Source: the human T2T-CHM13v2.0 reference genome, Homo sapiens. Taken from it: 64,000 nucleotides of DNA. Shown here piece after piece: positions 33,452 to 48,770 of the stretch (positions are counted from its first letter, which is position 1; the number at the start of each line of letters is the position of its first letter). The position numbers were made by a program, and so were the translations under genes. The stretch is taken from NCBI RefSeq assembly GCF_009914755.1, contig NC_060932.1. One strand, given 5' to 3'. The notes below the pieces were generated by a model. It made no database searches. It was not told where the DNA came from and saw only the letters and a program-made list of their open reading frames with translations.

Positions 33452-33839
33452 GTTGAACATTGCCCAAGTCCTGGGAGAGAAGTGGGTGCGGTCCGCTTCC
33501 TGTCCTCAATTTGCCCGCAGCGGCGGAGTGCACAGAGCAGGGAAAGGCAGCCCCAGAGGGATCCCGCCCTCCAGCATGCAGCAGACTGCTGGCCCAGTCC
33601 TGGCTCCAAGGGGTGCTGTGTGGGCCCAAGCAAGTTGACCAACCTCCCTGAACCTTAATTTAATCCTAGGTAGCCCAATTCCAGTAGCCATTATAGGACT
33701 GCCCTGCAGGGACAGTTACTTAACTCAGGAAAAGCAACCTAGCTCCAAGTTTAGCAACCGGGAGTTCCAGTTGATTCCATTAGCGCACCCCCTGAGGCAT
33801 TCCCAAGCTGGAGTCTGGTGGAAGATGAGGCTCAGTGTG

Positions 33840-33933
33840 ATTGGACTGAAGCACCAACCTATCAAGGAGAAGTCCCACCCAGTCTGCCCTGTGCCTATAT
33901 AAAGGCGACAAGTGGCGGCCGCAGCACTCATTG
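33840..33933 (+). promoter_or_regulatory. Core promoter of the GOR gene: inverted CCAAT box, TATA box and probable TSS near 33926-33930
   Basis: ATTGG at 33840-33844 and TATATAAAG at 33896-33904, with CACTCATT ~30 bp downstream. TATA copies at 11217-11224 (-), 46086-46093 and 58276-58283. Activity is not shown by the sequence. Confidence 0.65.
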
Positions 33934-34347
33934 AAGCCGCCAGTTGGGAGAGGAGCAGAGCCAGGCCGGTGCTCCCGAAGGCAGCAAGATGTTGCGAGCC
34001 ACAGCTCCCTGCTGGTTCCCCCCTGGATACCCAGAAGCTAAGAAGGTGGCCGAGGAGGCGGCCCTGGAGGCAAGCCGCCATTTGGGAGGGGAGCAGAGCC
34101 AGGCCGGTGCTCCCGAAGGCAGCAAGATGTTGCGAGCCACAGCTCCCTGCTGGTTCCGCCCTGGATACCCAGAAGCTAAGAAGGTGGCCAAGGAGGCGGC
34201 CCCGGAGGCAAGCCGCCATTTGGGAGCGGAGCAGAGCCCGGCCGGTGCTCCCGAAGGCAGCAAGATGTTGCGAGCCACAGCTCCCTGCTGGTTCCCACCT
34301 GGATACCCAGAAGCTAAGAAGGTGGCCGAGGAGGCGGCCCTCGAGGC
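33934..34347 (+). repeat. Three tandem 138-bp (46-codon) repeats covering the 5'UTR, start codon and N-terminus
   Basis: AAGCCGCCA.TTGGGA begins at 33934, 34072 and 34210; ATGs at 33989, 34127 and 34265. Copies at 10773-11186 (-), 46124-46537 and 58314-58727. Confidence 0.95.
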
Positions 34348-36016
34348 TCCAAAATTCCCACTGCCCTCTCATCAGCCTGCCCAGAGCTTCGGGCTCTGGG
34401 TGCCCCAGATGCACAAGCAGGCCTCAGCATTTGTGGACATCCAGGCGGAGCCCCAGAACAGGGGTCCGGCGGTGCCCCCAGCGTGGCCCAAGATGGTGAC
34501 GGAGTCGTGCTACTTCCCTGCGCAGAGGGGATCGGCCTGCCGCTTGCCAGCCGCCCCAAGGCTGACAGAGAGGCCCTCGGGAGTCCGCATCTCAGCCCCC
34601 AGGAAGAGGAAGACGATCGCCCACTCTTCCAGCCCTTGCTTGGTCACAGGTTACACAGATGCCAAGAGAACCCGGGTGGCCAGCAGCAGCCAACGCTCCC
34701 GTGGCTCCAAGGTCGGCAGACAGCCAGGGAAGACGCGCAACAGGTCAGGGATGGCATGCAAGACCACCGCCACCACCAGCTCTAAGCGAATCGTCCGTCG
34801 TGCATCCTTACCGAGTTTGAGTTTGAAGAAACCCATTATCCTCCGAAGCTCTGGGTGCCAAGTCCCCACCGTCCTCCGCCGAGGCTATCTCCAACTGTTC
34901 ACCGAAGAGTGTCTCAAGTTCTGCGCCTCCAAGCAGGAGGCCGAGGAGAAGGCGCTGAACGAGGAGAAGGTGGCCTACGACTGCAGCCCCAACAAGAACA
35001 GGTACCTGAACGTGGTCCTGAACACCCTCAAGAGACTGAAGGGCCTGACCCCCAGCTCCATGCCCGGCCTCAGCAGGGCCGCCCTGTACAGCCGCCTCCA
35101 GGAGTTCCTGCTCACCCAGGACCAGCTCAAGGAGAACGGCTACCCCTTCCCGCACCCCGAGCGGCCCGGAGGCGCCGTCCTCTTCACTGGCCAGGGGAAG
35201 GGGCCCGGCGACTCCTCCTGCAGGGTCTGCTGCCGTTGTGGCACCGAGTACCTGGTGTCCTCCTCGGGCCGCTGTGTACGCGACCAGTTGTGTTATTATC
35301 ACTGGGGGCGGGTCCGCTCGAGCCAGGTGGCTGGAGGCCGGGTTAGCCAGTACACCTGCTGTGCAGCTGCTCCTGGCTCTGTGGGCTGCCAGGTGGCAAA
35401 GCAGCACGTGCGGGACGGCCGCAAGGAGAGCCTCGATGGCTTCGTGGAGACCTTCAAGAAAGAGTTGTCCAGAGACGCTTATCCAGGAATCTACGCCTTG
35501 GACTGTGAGATGTGCTACACCACGCATGGCCTAGAGCTGACCCGCGTCACCGTGGTGGACGCCGACATGCGAGTGGTGTACGACACCTTCGTCAAGCCCG
35601 ACAACGAGATCGTGGACTACAACACCAGGTTTTCCGGAGTCACCGAGGCCGACGTCGCCAAGACGAGCATCACGTTGCCCCAAGTCCAAGCCATCCTGCT
35701 GAGCTTTTTCAGCGCCCAAACCATCCTCATCGGGCACAGCCTGGAGAGCGACCTGCTGGCCCTGAAGCTCATCCACAGCACCGTGGTGGACACGGCCGTG
35801 CTCTTCCCGCACTACCTGGGTTTCCCCTACAAGCGCTCCCTCAGGAATCTCGCGGCCGACTACCTGGCACAGATCATCCAGGACAGCCAGGACGGCCACA
35901 ACTCCAGCGAGGACGCAAACGCCTGCCTGCAGCTGGTGATGTGGAAGGTCCGACAGCGCGCCCAGATCCAGCCACGCCACCGGTCCGCCTCTCCCGCCGC
36001 CCTGGCCTGTCCTTAG
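33989..36016 (+). CDS. REXO1L1: Putative exonuclease GOR / REXO1-like 1, 675 aa
   Basis: ATG at 33989 (AAGATGT, A at -3), TAG at 36014-36016, DEDDh motifs intact, TATA box ~90 bp upstream. Confidence 0.88.
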   Translation: MLRATAPCWFPPGYPEAKKVAEEAALEASRHLGGEQSQAGAPEGSKMLRATAPCWFRPGYPEAKKVAKEAAPEASRHLGAEQSPAGAPEGSKMLRATAPCWFPPGYPEAKKVAEEAALEAPKFPLPSHQPAQSFGLWVPQMHKQASAFVDIQAEPQNRGPAVPPAWPKMVTESCYFPAQRGSACRLPAAPRLTERPSGVRISAPRKRKTIAHSSSPCLVTGYTDAKRTRVASSSQRSRGSKVGRQPGKTRNRSGMACKTTATTSSKRIVRRASLPSLSLKKPIILRSSGCQVPTVLRRGYLQLFTEECLKFCASKQEAEEKALNEEKVAYDCSPNKNRYLNVVLNTLKRLKGLTPSSMPGLSRAALYSRLQEFLLTQDQLKENGYPFPHPERPGGAVLFTGQGKGPGDSSCRVCCRCGTEYLVSSSGRCVRDQLCYYHWGRVRSSQVAGGRVSQYTCCAAAPGSVGCQVAKQHVRDGRKESLDGFVETFKKELSRDAYPGIYALDCEMCYTTHGLELTRVTVVDADMRVVYDTFVKPDNEIVDYNTRFSGVTEADVAKTSITLPQVQAILLSFFSAQTILIGHSLESDLLALKLIHSTVVDTAVLFPHYLGFPYKRSLRNLAADYLAQIIQDSQDGHNSSEDANACLQLVMWKVRQRAQIQPRHRSASPAALACP

Positions 36017-36143
36017 CCCCAGGCCTCTTCCAAAACCGCCATCAGTCCCGAGAGCTCACCCTGCCCACCTCGCCGCAAAGCGAAAGAAACTGGAGCAGCC
36101 GGCGGCAGGAGAGGGCAAAAAGCCAAGAGTAACCCCAACCCCC

Positions 36144-36339
36144 CACTCCCGGTCCCCCGGAATCCCTGCCGCGGCCCCTCGGGCCTGTCCACATCCCTCT
36201 GCCCCTCCCAGACCTCTGTCCTTCCACCAATCGCCTCCCGCAGCCCCGAGCCGCCACTCCCAGTCCCCCGAGTCCCTGCCGCGCGCCCTCGCGCCTGTCC
36301 AAATCCCTCTGCCCATCCGAGACCTCTGTCCTTACACCA
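36144..36339 (+). repeat. Imperfect ~110-bp tandem duplication in the C-rich 3' flank of the gene
   Basis: CACTCCC.GTCCCCCG...GACCTCTGTCCTT.CACCA starts at 36144 and again at 36255. Present in every unit and, slightly 5'-clipped, in the central spacer. Confidence 0.8.
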
Positions 36340-36580
36340 CTAGCCACCCCACGTGGGACTTCCATGGCTTCTGAGTACAAGGCCAGCCCCCCGGCCCACC
36401 AGCTTTCGGAATGCCTGCTTACCTCTTTTTCTGTAGAGGCACCACAGGGAGGTGGGTGAAGCACTTCGGCTCTGGAGTTACAGATCTGGGTTCAAGGCCA
36501 AATTCCACCACTTACTAGGTTTGTAATATTGGACAGATAACGTCTTTGCGCTTCTACCTTTTGGTCTTTAAAGTGTGATC

Positions 36581-40252
<3,672 letters not shown>

Positions 40253-43200
40253 AAAGTGTGATCCTAATGTCATGGTGCGGACTGAATGAAGCAGCACATG
40301 GCAAGCCTTAAAACGATCGCACATAGTAGGTGTTCAATTAATGTTAACTATATTTCTTTTCTATAATAGTTTATAAAGGGAATTCATGAACACTATGTGA
40401 TTAATCCTTGGAACAACCCAACAGGTAGGTAAATAAAGCCTAATTTTATACCTAAAGAAACCATGCGGCTTAACTTGCCCAAAATAATAATGATTGTAAT
40501 GAGCACTGGCTGTTGGTTTCTTATGTACTTGGTATTTTGCACGTATTAACCCAGTCAGTCCTCCTAATAGTTGTGAGAGAGATAGCATTCTTATCCCCAT
40601 TTTACAGATGAGGAACCTGAAGCCCAGGTGATAAGTAGTTTATCCAAGGTATCATAGCTAGAAGTCGGGTGCAGGCAGTCTGGCTCCAGAGCCCCTGCTC
40701 TGTCCGCTGACCTAGCTGACTTCCCAAGAGTCAAAGTGGATTCTTCCCCAAGACCAACCAATTACAATGACTGAATCAGTCAGTCAACTTCGAACTGGGC
40801 TCCAAGAGAGAACGAACCATCATGCCTCTCTAAATCCTCATTTCTAGTTTGAATCTTCAAGGAGAGATAGACACTAAGTAGCTAGTTTTGCTGGAATGGC
40901 TGATTTTATCAATGTTTTCGGTGTGTGAGTGTGTGTGTGTGTATATGTATAGAACTAAATTAAACTGATAATTTGAATGCTTACACTTCCATTAGTTCAA
41001 TTTGTGTATGTGAGCCCTCACACACATACATACACACACACAAACTGTTCCAGAACAGTGACTTAGTGAAAAACTGGATTTCCACTCTGTCAGACAAATT
41101 TCGGAAAGCACTGAAGTAGGGTATTTCTGATTGATTTTACCGTTCCCGGAATTTTATTTTCCTTTATCACTTAGACGCCTTCTGTGGGGATTTAATAAAT
41201 AAACGTCTTTTGTAGTGTATGTTATTTCATTTTATTTTTATAATTTGTATGAATTTTAATTTTAACTTGACAAATAAAAATTATATATATTTATGGCATA
41301 CAACATGATGTTTCATATGTGTATACATTGTGGAATGACAAAATCAAGCTAATTAACACACTCGTTTCCTCACATACTGATTTTAATGTGATGAGGACAT
41401 GTCTAAAATCTACTCTTATAGCAATTTTCAAGTATACAATACATACTTATACACTGTAGATGCCAGGCTGTTCAATAGATCTCTAGAACCATTCCTCTCT
41501 GAAATTTTGTATCATGAGACTATCATCTCTCCAGTCCCTCCCTGACCCCTGCCTCGGGTAACCACCGTTCTGCTCTCTACAGCTATGAGTTGCATTGTTT
41601 GAGATTGCACATATAAGTGAGATCATGCAGTATTTGTCTTTTTGTGCTTGCTTTTTAAATCTTTATTATGTAATTATTTATTTTTTGAGACAGGGTCTCA
41701 GTCTGTCACCCAGGCTGGAGTACAGTGACACAAACACGGCTCACTCACCACGGCCTCCACCTCCCGGGGTCGAGAGTTCCTCCCACTTCAGCCTCCTGAA
41801 TAGCTAGGACTACAGGCTTCCAACGCCACACTTGGCTAATTTTTGTGTTTCTTTTAGAGATGGGGTTTCACCATGTTGCCCAGGTTCATCTCCAACTCCT
41901 GGGTTCAACGCTTCCACGTGCCTTGGCCTTCCAAAGTACTGGGATTACAGGCATGAGCCACCGTGCCTGGCCTTTGCTTTCTTTCACTCAGTGTACCATC
42001 CTCTAGGCTCATTCGTGTTGCCAATGAGATGATTTCTTTCTTTTTTAAGGCTGAATTGTGTTCTATTGGGTATATGTACCGCTTTTCTTTTTATGTTTAA
42101 TTTTTTTTGGTTTTTTGAGACAGAGTTTCGCTCGCGTCGCCCAGGCTGGAGTGCAGTGGCGTGATTTCGAGTCACTACAACCTCCGCCTCCCAGGTTGAA
42201 GTGATTCTCCTGCCTCACCTGAGATTAGAGGCATGTACCGGCATGTCCGGCTAATTTTGTGTTTCTAGTAGAGATGGGGTTTCACCATGTTGGCCAGGCT
42301 GGTCTTGAACTCCAACAATTCTAATTCAACTAATTTATTTTATAGAAATATTTATGTGTGAGAAACAATATTTCCAAGAATCAAAGATTTAAAACTGCTT
42401 AATTGTACATCACTAAGTGGCTGGCTAATAAATTATAGTACGTTCATCCTTACGGAAGAATACTTTGCAGCTAAAACAGAACGAAAGAGAGGAAACTCTT
42501 CAAAATGTTAACTGGGAATGACGTTCAAGACTTATTGTTAAATAAAACAAATTGAGAAGAAGAGTCGTTTATTGGTACTAAATTTGTGTCAGTAAAAATG
42601 GATTCTATACGTGGGATGGTTTATAAGTATGTGGAAAAATTCTTTGATGGTTTTTCCTTGAAAAAGTGAAACCTAAATCCACTCCGTTTGGATGTGGGCC
42701 TATTTACGGTTGTTGCTTCCTAAACATAAACTACGTTTAGGCTGATATTTCAGACAATGAAACCTTTGAGTGCCCGTAGCGGGATGATCTCGGTTGGTGA
42801 GTGCAGGGAAGGAGGATGTAATTCCATCATATATACTCTCTGTGCCTACCGCATTTGGAACCATGCGAGTGATACGTATTTATAAAATAAAATAAACCAA
42901 GCACAAGTACGAACTTAGCAACACTCTATTGAGTTAATAGAACGGTATCTTGTATTTCTTCTGTCCAGGTATACTTATAAATGCCTGCAGGGATTTCACC
43001 ACCTCAGGGTGGAGAGACTCAATGCTTGTGAGGGAATTAGGATGGTGGAATATTGGTGTTACCAGTGAAGGGGGCGGGATGTTTGAAAATGCTATGTTTA
43101 CTCGTTCTTGGGTTCCAATAAAGGAGAAACAGGGCACAGGAGTCGGAAGGACTAGTGGCAATAGTGATGAAAGGACCTCCTTATCATGCTGGCTATGTTA

Positions 43201-44752
43201 ATTACCCAGGTGTAGGAAGCCATACACTGAGGCGGAAGATCGCAAGTCAGAGTGCCCGGCAGGCACAACCTCCTGGTACACCAGAGGCAGGTCTTCAATA
43301 CCCACTGGTTTCCCCAACAGGCTGCGTAAGGGACCCTGAGCCACAGTGAGTTGGTCAAATGCTCCTGACAGTGTGGAGAAACCAACAGGCAAAACGTGGG
43401 TGCAAAAGTGATGAGACCCCACACTTTACACTCGTGGTGACAATGAAGCTATTAAGTAACAGCTTCTCAACCTATGCTGTTTCCTGTTGGATGCACATAA
43501 TCCATTTGCACTGCAGACAATTTTAGGATGTGGTTTACAGTAAGGTGGATGGTACCTTATGGCAAAAATCTCTCAGAAATTTATGTGTGGTTTTAAAGTC
43601 ATTCCAGTCCTAGCACGTTGTGCTTTTCAGAGACGCCATAGCTGTTTTTCCCTTTGTAATATCAAAGCAGTAATATGTTCTCTGGAGGCCTGTTGGGTGA
43701 ATTTAATGGAATCAAGTTAAGTAGGTGCCAGAACCATTGCTGTTTTCCCTCCATAGCCCTGCCACCCAGTGTAAAAAGGTTGATGAGATTACTTAATGAT
43801 TTCCAATTAAGTTGTATTTCCAAATATCATGATTTCCATTTTAATGTAGTTGGTATGGAGCTCTGTGAGTGTGTGCTTCTTTTATTATGGATCACGTTCA
43901 GCTTCTTTTTATTTGCCTCCTAGTCATAATAGTAAAACTCTACTCCTCTACTCCGAGGAGTCCCTACCACCCATCTCATCACTTTCCAGCCCAGCACTCT
44001 TCATGCTCATTCCTTTAAAGCATTCAACATTGTGTAAATGAATCTTGGAAGGCAAAAGCTACTGAATTTAGCGAATTTGTGGAGGCATTGCCACAAATCA
44101 GCCAGGTGAAGTTTCACACAATCGAAGACTGCACAACTCCTAGAAGGCAGCACTATGCTGCAAACCCAGACGGCCACTCTTCTCACCCCTCGTCCGTTTG
44201 CTGTTCTGGATAATGAGGTTCAAAAGTCACCTAGGCAACTGCCAAAATAGCTGAAATGGAGAAAGGGCTTCAGGCTGGTGACTAGCAGAGGTCCACCTGA
44301 CCCCCGTAAGCTGCTGAACAAGTAGGGCTGCCAGAAATGTCCCACTAGGGAATTTGGTAGAGACGAAGACATGCTCACCGGACAAGGGTTCCTCCCAGGA
44401 TACGCCCGAGCGGAAGAAGCGGGCTCTGAGCCACGCCCTTTCACCCTCCTCTACCCCGCCCTGGGCTGGTGAAGGTGCGCGCCAGGATGTGGACTACTGA
44501 GCCCTGAAGAAATAAGTCCTTCCACTTTGACCCCATGGAGGATTGCCTGTGAGGAACTTAAACGAGTCTACCAGTGTCTAGACACGGGGGCAGGTCTGTC
44601 CGGCACAGCAGCTCCCTCAAGGAGGAGAAGAGTGAGGAGAAAGGAAACTCAAGTCTCACCATTCTGTCCTGGGAGAGAAGAGGAGGATCTCATCTCTCAT
44701 CTGTCCAAACAAGGCAAGGAGACTTTCTCTCATCTTTCCAAGCAAGGCAAGG

Positions 44753-45641
44753 AGACTTTTTATCATTAGGAAACAAAAAGAATTTAGAAGGAATGAAAGC
44801 AGCCCGTAAGGTGAATTCCTAAGGACTGCCCATTGAAACTGACAAAATTGCCCTTGTTTGATGAGAGGAATGAGCAGAGCATTGATGTGGTGAACAAGGA
44901 TCTAGTGAGACTTTCCCAGCATGTTTCTACCAAAGCTTTATCTAAGCTTCTCAGAACACTCTCCTAATAAGCAGATGTTTGGCCTTTCAGAAAGTCAACA
45001 AGCAAAATGCCTTGAGTGTCCCAAAACACTGATGCCATGATGTGGGCTCCTGACTGGCCTCCTTTTCCTTTGAATGGACCACTGCCACCTCTTGGTAGCC
45101 ATCGCTTTCATGATGCTTTGCCTTCGAGATCATATTGGTGAAGCCATGTTCCAACTTCCGCTTACAATTTGTCAGAGGGATGCGTCAGGATCGTGATCCC
45201 TCCTGTTTAAAATTTCCACTGATAGCTCTCGTCGTAACTGCAGCTGATCTGGGCACAGTGGTTTTCACAGCCACTGAAGGATTCATCTTCCACATCTTCT
45301 CACCTCTTCTTGAAACAAGCTATACATTCGTAAAGAGTTCATTTCTTTGGGGTAGTTTCCTTACAAGCTTTTCTTAAAACGTCAATGATTTCTTCAATCT
45401 TCCACCCAAGCTTCACCATAAATTTGATGTTTCCTCTTGCTGCAATTTTCGTGGAATTCAAGTTGCTCTGATGGGAGTCCTTTTCAGTGGATGTCTCATC
45501 CTTCTTAGTGCCTCAAACTAGATCTAGTTCAGAAAGGTTATCAGAAGTTAGGACAAGTTTATTTTAGTGCAAACCAGTGGAAATCCATGCATAGTTTCTT
45601 CACCACGTGCATTTTCTATGAACCTTTGGAAGACCACCTGT
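44753..45641 (-). mobile_element. Decayed Hsmar2 mariner
   Basis: Copy at +12,190. Confidence 0.85.
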
Positions 45642-46178
45642 GTTGAACATTGCCCAAGTCCTGGGAGAGAAGTGGGTGCGGTCCGCTTCCTGTCCTCAAT
45701 TTGCCCGCAGCGGCGGAGTGCACAGAGCAGGGAAAGGCAGCCCCAGAGGGATCCCGCCCTCCAGCATGCAGCAGACTGCTGGCCCAGTCCTGGCTCCAAG
45801 GGGTGCTGTGTGGGCCCAAGCAAGTTGACCAACCTCCCTGAACCTTAATTTAATCCTAGGTAGCCCAATTCCAGTAGCCATTATAGGACTGCCCTGCAGG
45901 GACAGTTACTTAACTCAGGAAAAGCAACCTAGCTCCAAGTTTAGCAACCGGGAGTTCCAGTTGATTCCATTAGCGCACCCCCTGAGGCATTCCCAAGCTG
46001 GAGTCTGGTGGAAGATGAGGCTCAGTGTGATTGGACTGAAGCACCAACCTATCAAGGAGAAGTCCCACCCAGTCTGCCCTGTGCCTATATAAAGGCGACA
46101 AGTGGCGGCCGCAGCACTCATTGAAGCCGCCAGTTGGGAGAGGAGCAGAGCCAGGCCGGTGCTCCCGAAGGCAGCAAG

Positions 46179-48206
46179 ATGTTGCGAGCCACAGCTCCCT
46201 GCTGGTTCCCCTCTGGATACCCAGAAGCTAAGAAGGTGGCCGAGGAGGCGGCCCTGGAGGCAAGCCGCCATTTGGGAGGGGAGCAGAGCCAGGCCGGTGC
46301 TCCCGAAGGCAGCAAGATGTTGCGAGCCACAGCTCCCTGCTGGTTCCGCCCTGGATACCCAGAAGCTAAGAAGGTGGCCAAGGAGGCGGCCCCGGAGGCA
46401 AGCCGCCATTTGGGAGCGGAGCAGAGCCAGGCCGGTGCTCCCGAAGGCAGCAAGATGTTGCGAGCCACAGCTCCCTGCTGGTTCCCACCTGGATACCCAG
46501 AAGCTAAGAAGGTGGCCGAGGAGGCGGCCCTCGAGGCTCCAGAATTCCCACTGCCCTCTCATCAGCCTGCCCAGAGCTTCGGGCTCTGGGTGCCCCAGAT
46601 GCACAAGCAGGCCTCAGCATTTGTGGACATCCAGGCGGAGCCCCAGAACAGGGGTCCGGCGGTGCCCCCAGCGTGGCCCAAGATGGTGACGGAGTCGTGC
46701 TACTTCCCTGCGCAGAGGGGATCGGCCTGCCGCTTGCCAGCCGCCCCAAGGCTGACAGAGAGGCCCTCGGGAGTCCGCATCTCAGCCCCCAGGAAGAGGA
46801 AGACGATCGCCCACTCTTCCAGCCCTTGCTTGGTCACAGGTTACACAGATGCCAAGAGAACCCGGGTGGCCAGCAGCAGCCAACGCTCCCGTGGCTCCAA
46901 GGTCGGCAGACAGCCAGGGAAGACGCGCAACAGGTCAGGGATGGCATGCAAGACCACCGCCACCACCAGCTCTAAGCGAATCGTCCGTCGTCCATCCTTA
47001 CCGAGTTTGAGTTTGAAGAAACCCATTATCCTCCGAAGCTCTGGGTGCCAAGTCCCCACCGTCCTCCGCCGAGGCTATCTCCAACTGTTCACCGAAGAGT
47101 GTCTCAAGTTCTGCGCCTCCAAGCAGGAGGCCGAGGAGAAGGCGCTGAACGAGGAGAAGGTGGCCTACGACTGCAGCCCCAACAAGAACAGGTACCTGAA
47201 CGTGGTCCTGAACACCCTCAAGAGACTGAAGGGCCTGACCCCCAGCTCCATGCCCGGCCTCAGCAGGGCCGCCCTGTACAGCCGCCTCCAGGAGTTCCTG
47301 CTCACCCAGGACCAGCTCAAGGAGAACGGCTACCCCTTCCCGCACCCCGAGCGGCCCGGAGGCGCCGTCCTCTTCACTGGCCAGGGGAAGGGGCCCGGCG
47401 ACTCCTCCTGCAGGGTCTGCTGCCGTTGTGGCACCGAGTACCTGGTGTCCTCCTCGGGCCGCTGTGTACGCGACCAGTTGTGTTATTATCACTGGGGGCG
47501 GGTCCGCTCGAGCCAGGTGGCTGGAGGCCGGGTTAGCCAGTACACCTGCTGTGCAGCTGCTCCTGGCTCTGTGGGCTGCCAGGTGGCAAAGCAGCACGTG
47601 CGGGACGGCCGCAAGGAGAGCCTCGATGGCTTCGTGGAGACCTTCAAGAAAGAGTTGTCCAGAGACGCTTATCCAGGAATCTACGCCTTGGACTGTGAGA
47701 TGTGCTACACCACGCATGGCCTAGAGCTGACCCGCGTCACCGTGGTGGACGCCGACATGCGAGTGGTGTACGACACCTTCGTCAAGCCCGACAACGAGAT
47801 CGTGGACTACAACACCAGGTTTTCCGGAGTCACCGAGGCCGACGTCGCCAAGACGAGCATCACGTTGCCCCAAGTCCAAGCCATCCTGCTGAGCTTTTTC
47901 AGCGCCCAAACCATCCTCATCGGGCACAGCCTGGAGAGCGACCTGCTGGCCCTGAAGCTCATCCACAGCACCGTGGTGGACACGGCCGTGCTCTTCCCGC
48001 ACTACCTGGGTTTCCCCTACAAGCGCTCCCTCAGGAATCTCGCGGCCGACTACCTGGCACAGATCATCCAGGACAGCCAGGACGGCCACAACTCCAGCGA
48101 GGACGCAAACGCCTGCCTGCAGCTGGTGATGTGGAAGGTCCGACAGCGCGCCCAGATCCAGCCACGCCACCGGTCCGCCTCTCCCGCCGCCCTGGCCTGT
48201 CCTTAG
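46179..48206 (+). CDS. REXO1L1: Putative exonuclease GOR / REXO1-like 1, 675 aa
   Basis: Copy of 33989-36016 at +12,190 with the ORF intact. Confidence 0.88.
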   Translation: MLRATAPCWFPSGYPEAKKVAEEAALEASRHLGGEQSQAGAPEGSKMLRATAPCWFRPGYPEAKKVAKEAAPEASRHLGAEQSQAGAPEGSKMLRATAPCWFPPGYPEAKKVAEEAALEAPEFPLPSHQPAQSFGLWVPQMHKQASAFVDIQAEPQNRGPAVPPAWPKMVTESCYFPAQRGSACRLPAAPRLTERPSGVRISAPRKRKTIAHSSSPCLVTGYTDAKRTRVASSSQRSRGSKVGRQPGKTRNRSGMACKTTATTSSKRIVRRPSLPSLSLKKPIILRSSGCQVPTVLRRGYLQLFTEECLKFCASKQEAEEKALNEEKVAYDCSPNKNRYLNVVLNTLKRLKGLTPSSMPGLSRAALYSRLQEFLLTQDQLKENGYPFPHPERPGGAVLFTGQGKGPGDSSCRVCCRCGTEYLVSSSGRCVRDQLCYYHWGRVRSSQVAGGRVSQYTCCAAAPGSVGCQVAKQHVRDGRKESLDGFVETFKKELSRDAYPGIYALDCEMCYTTHGLELTRVTVVDADMRVVYDTFVKPDNEIVDYNTRFSGVTEADVAKTSITLPQVQAILLSFFSAQTILIGHSLESDLLALKLIHSTVVDTAVLFPHYLGFPYKRSLRNLAADYLAQIIQDSQDGHNSSEDANACLQLVMWKVRQRAQIQPRHRSASPAALACP

Positions 48207-48770
48207 CCCCAGGCCTCTTCCAAAACCGCCATCAGTCCCGAGAGCTCACCCTGCCCACCTCGCCGCAAAGCGAAAGAAACTGGAGCAGCCGGCGGCAGGA
48301 GAGGGCAAAAAGCCAAGAGTAACCCCAACCCCCCACTCCCGGTCCCCCGGAATCCCTGCCGCGGCCCCTCGGGCCTGTCCACATCCCTCTGCCCCTCCCA
48401 GACCTCTGTCCTTCCACCAATCGCCTCCCGCAGCCCCGAGCCGCCACTCCCAGTCCCCCGAGTCCCTGCCGCGCGCCCTCGCGCCTGTCCAAATCCCTCT
48501 GCCCATCCGAGACCTCTGTCCTTACACCACTAGCCACCCCACGTGGGACTTCCATGGCTTCTGAGTACAAGGCCAGCCCCCCGGCCCACCAGCTTTCGGA
48601 ATGCCTGCTTACCTCTTTTTCTGTAGAGGCACCACAGGGAGGTGGGTGAAGCACTTCGGCTCTGGAGTTACAGATCTGGGTTCAAGGCCAAATTCCACCA
48701 CTTACTAGGTTTGTAATATTGGACAGATAACGTCTTTGCGCTTCTACCTTTTGGTCTTTAAAGTGTGATC

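Larger units (their letters stand above)
33480..36400. other. CpG-island-like GC-rich segment covering the promoter, gene and 3' flank
   Basis: Visibly dense CpGs, including a NotI site at 33915-33922. CpG observed/expected ratio was not computed. Confidence 0.7.

Noticed and set aside
33783-33800. CTCF-like motif (reverse complement GCCTCAGGGGGTGCGC)
   Set aside because: About four mismatches to the core consensus; too weak to call without a PWM scan or ChIP data.
33944-33988. 690-aa version of the ORF starting MGEEQSQ
   Set aside because: The start is TTG, not ATG, and lies in the leader just after the predicted TSS. The first ATG is at 33989.
33934-34347. Regularly spaced repeats as a CRISPR-like array
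   Set aside because: These are contiguous tandem copies without unique spacers, in mammalian DNA with no cas genes.
33725-35980. Long antisense and alternative-frame ORFs over the gene (229, 239, 195, 163, 149 aa)
   Set aside because: Expected shadows of a GC-rich CDS and the 138-bp repeat; no recognisable domains.
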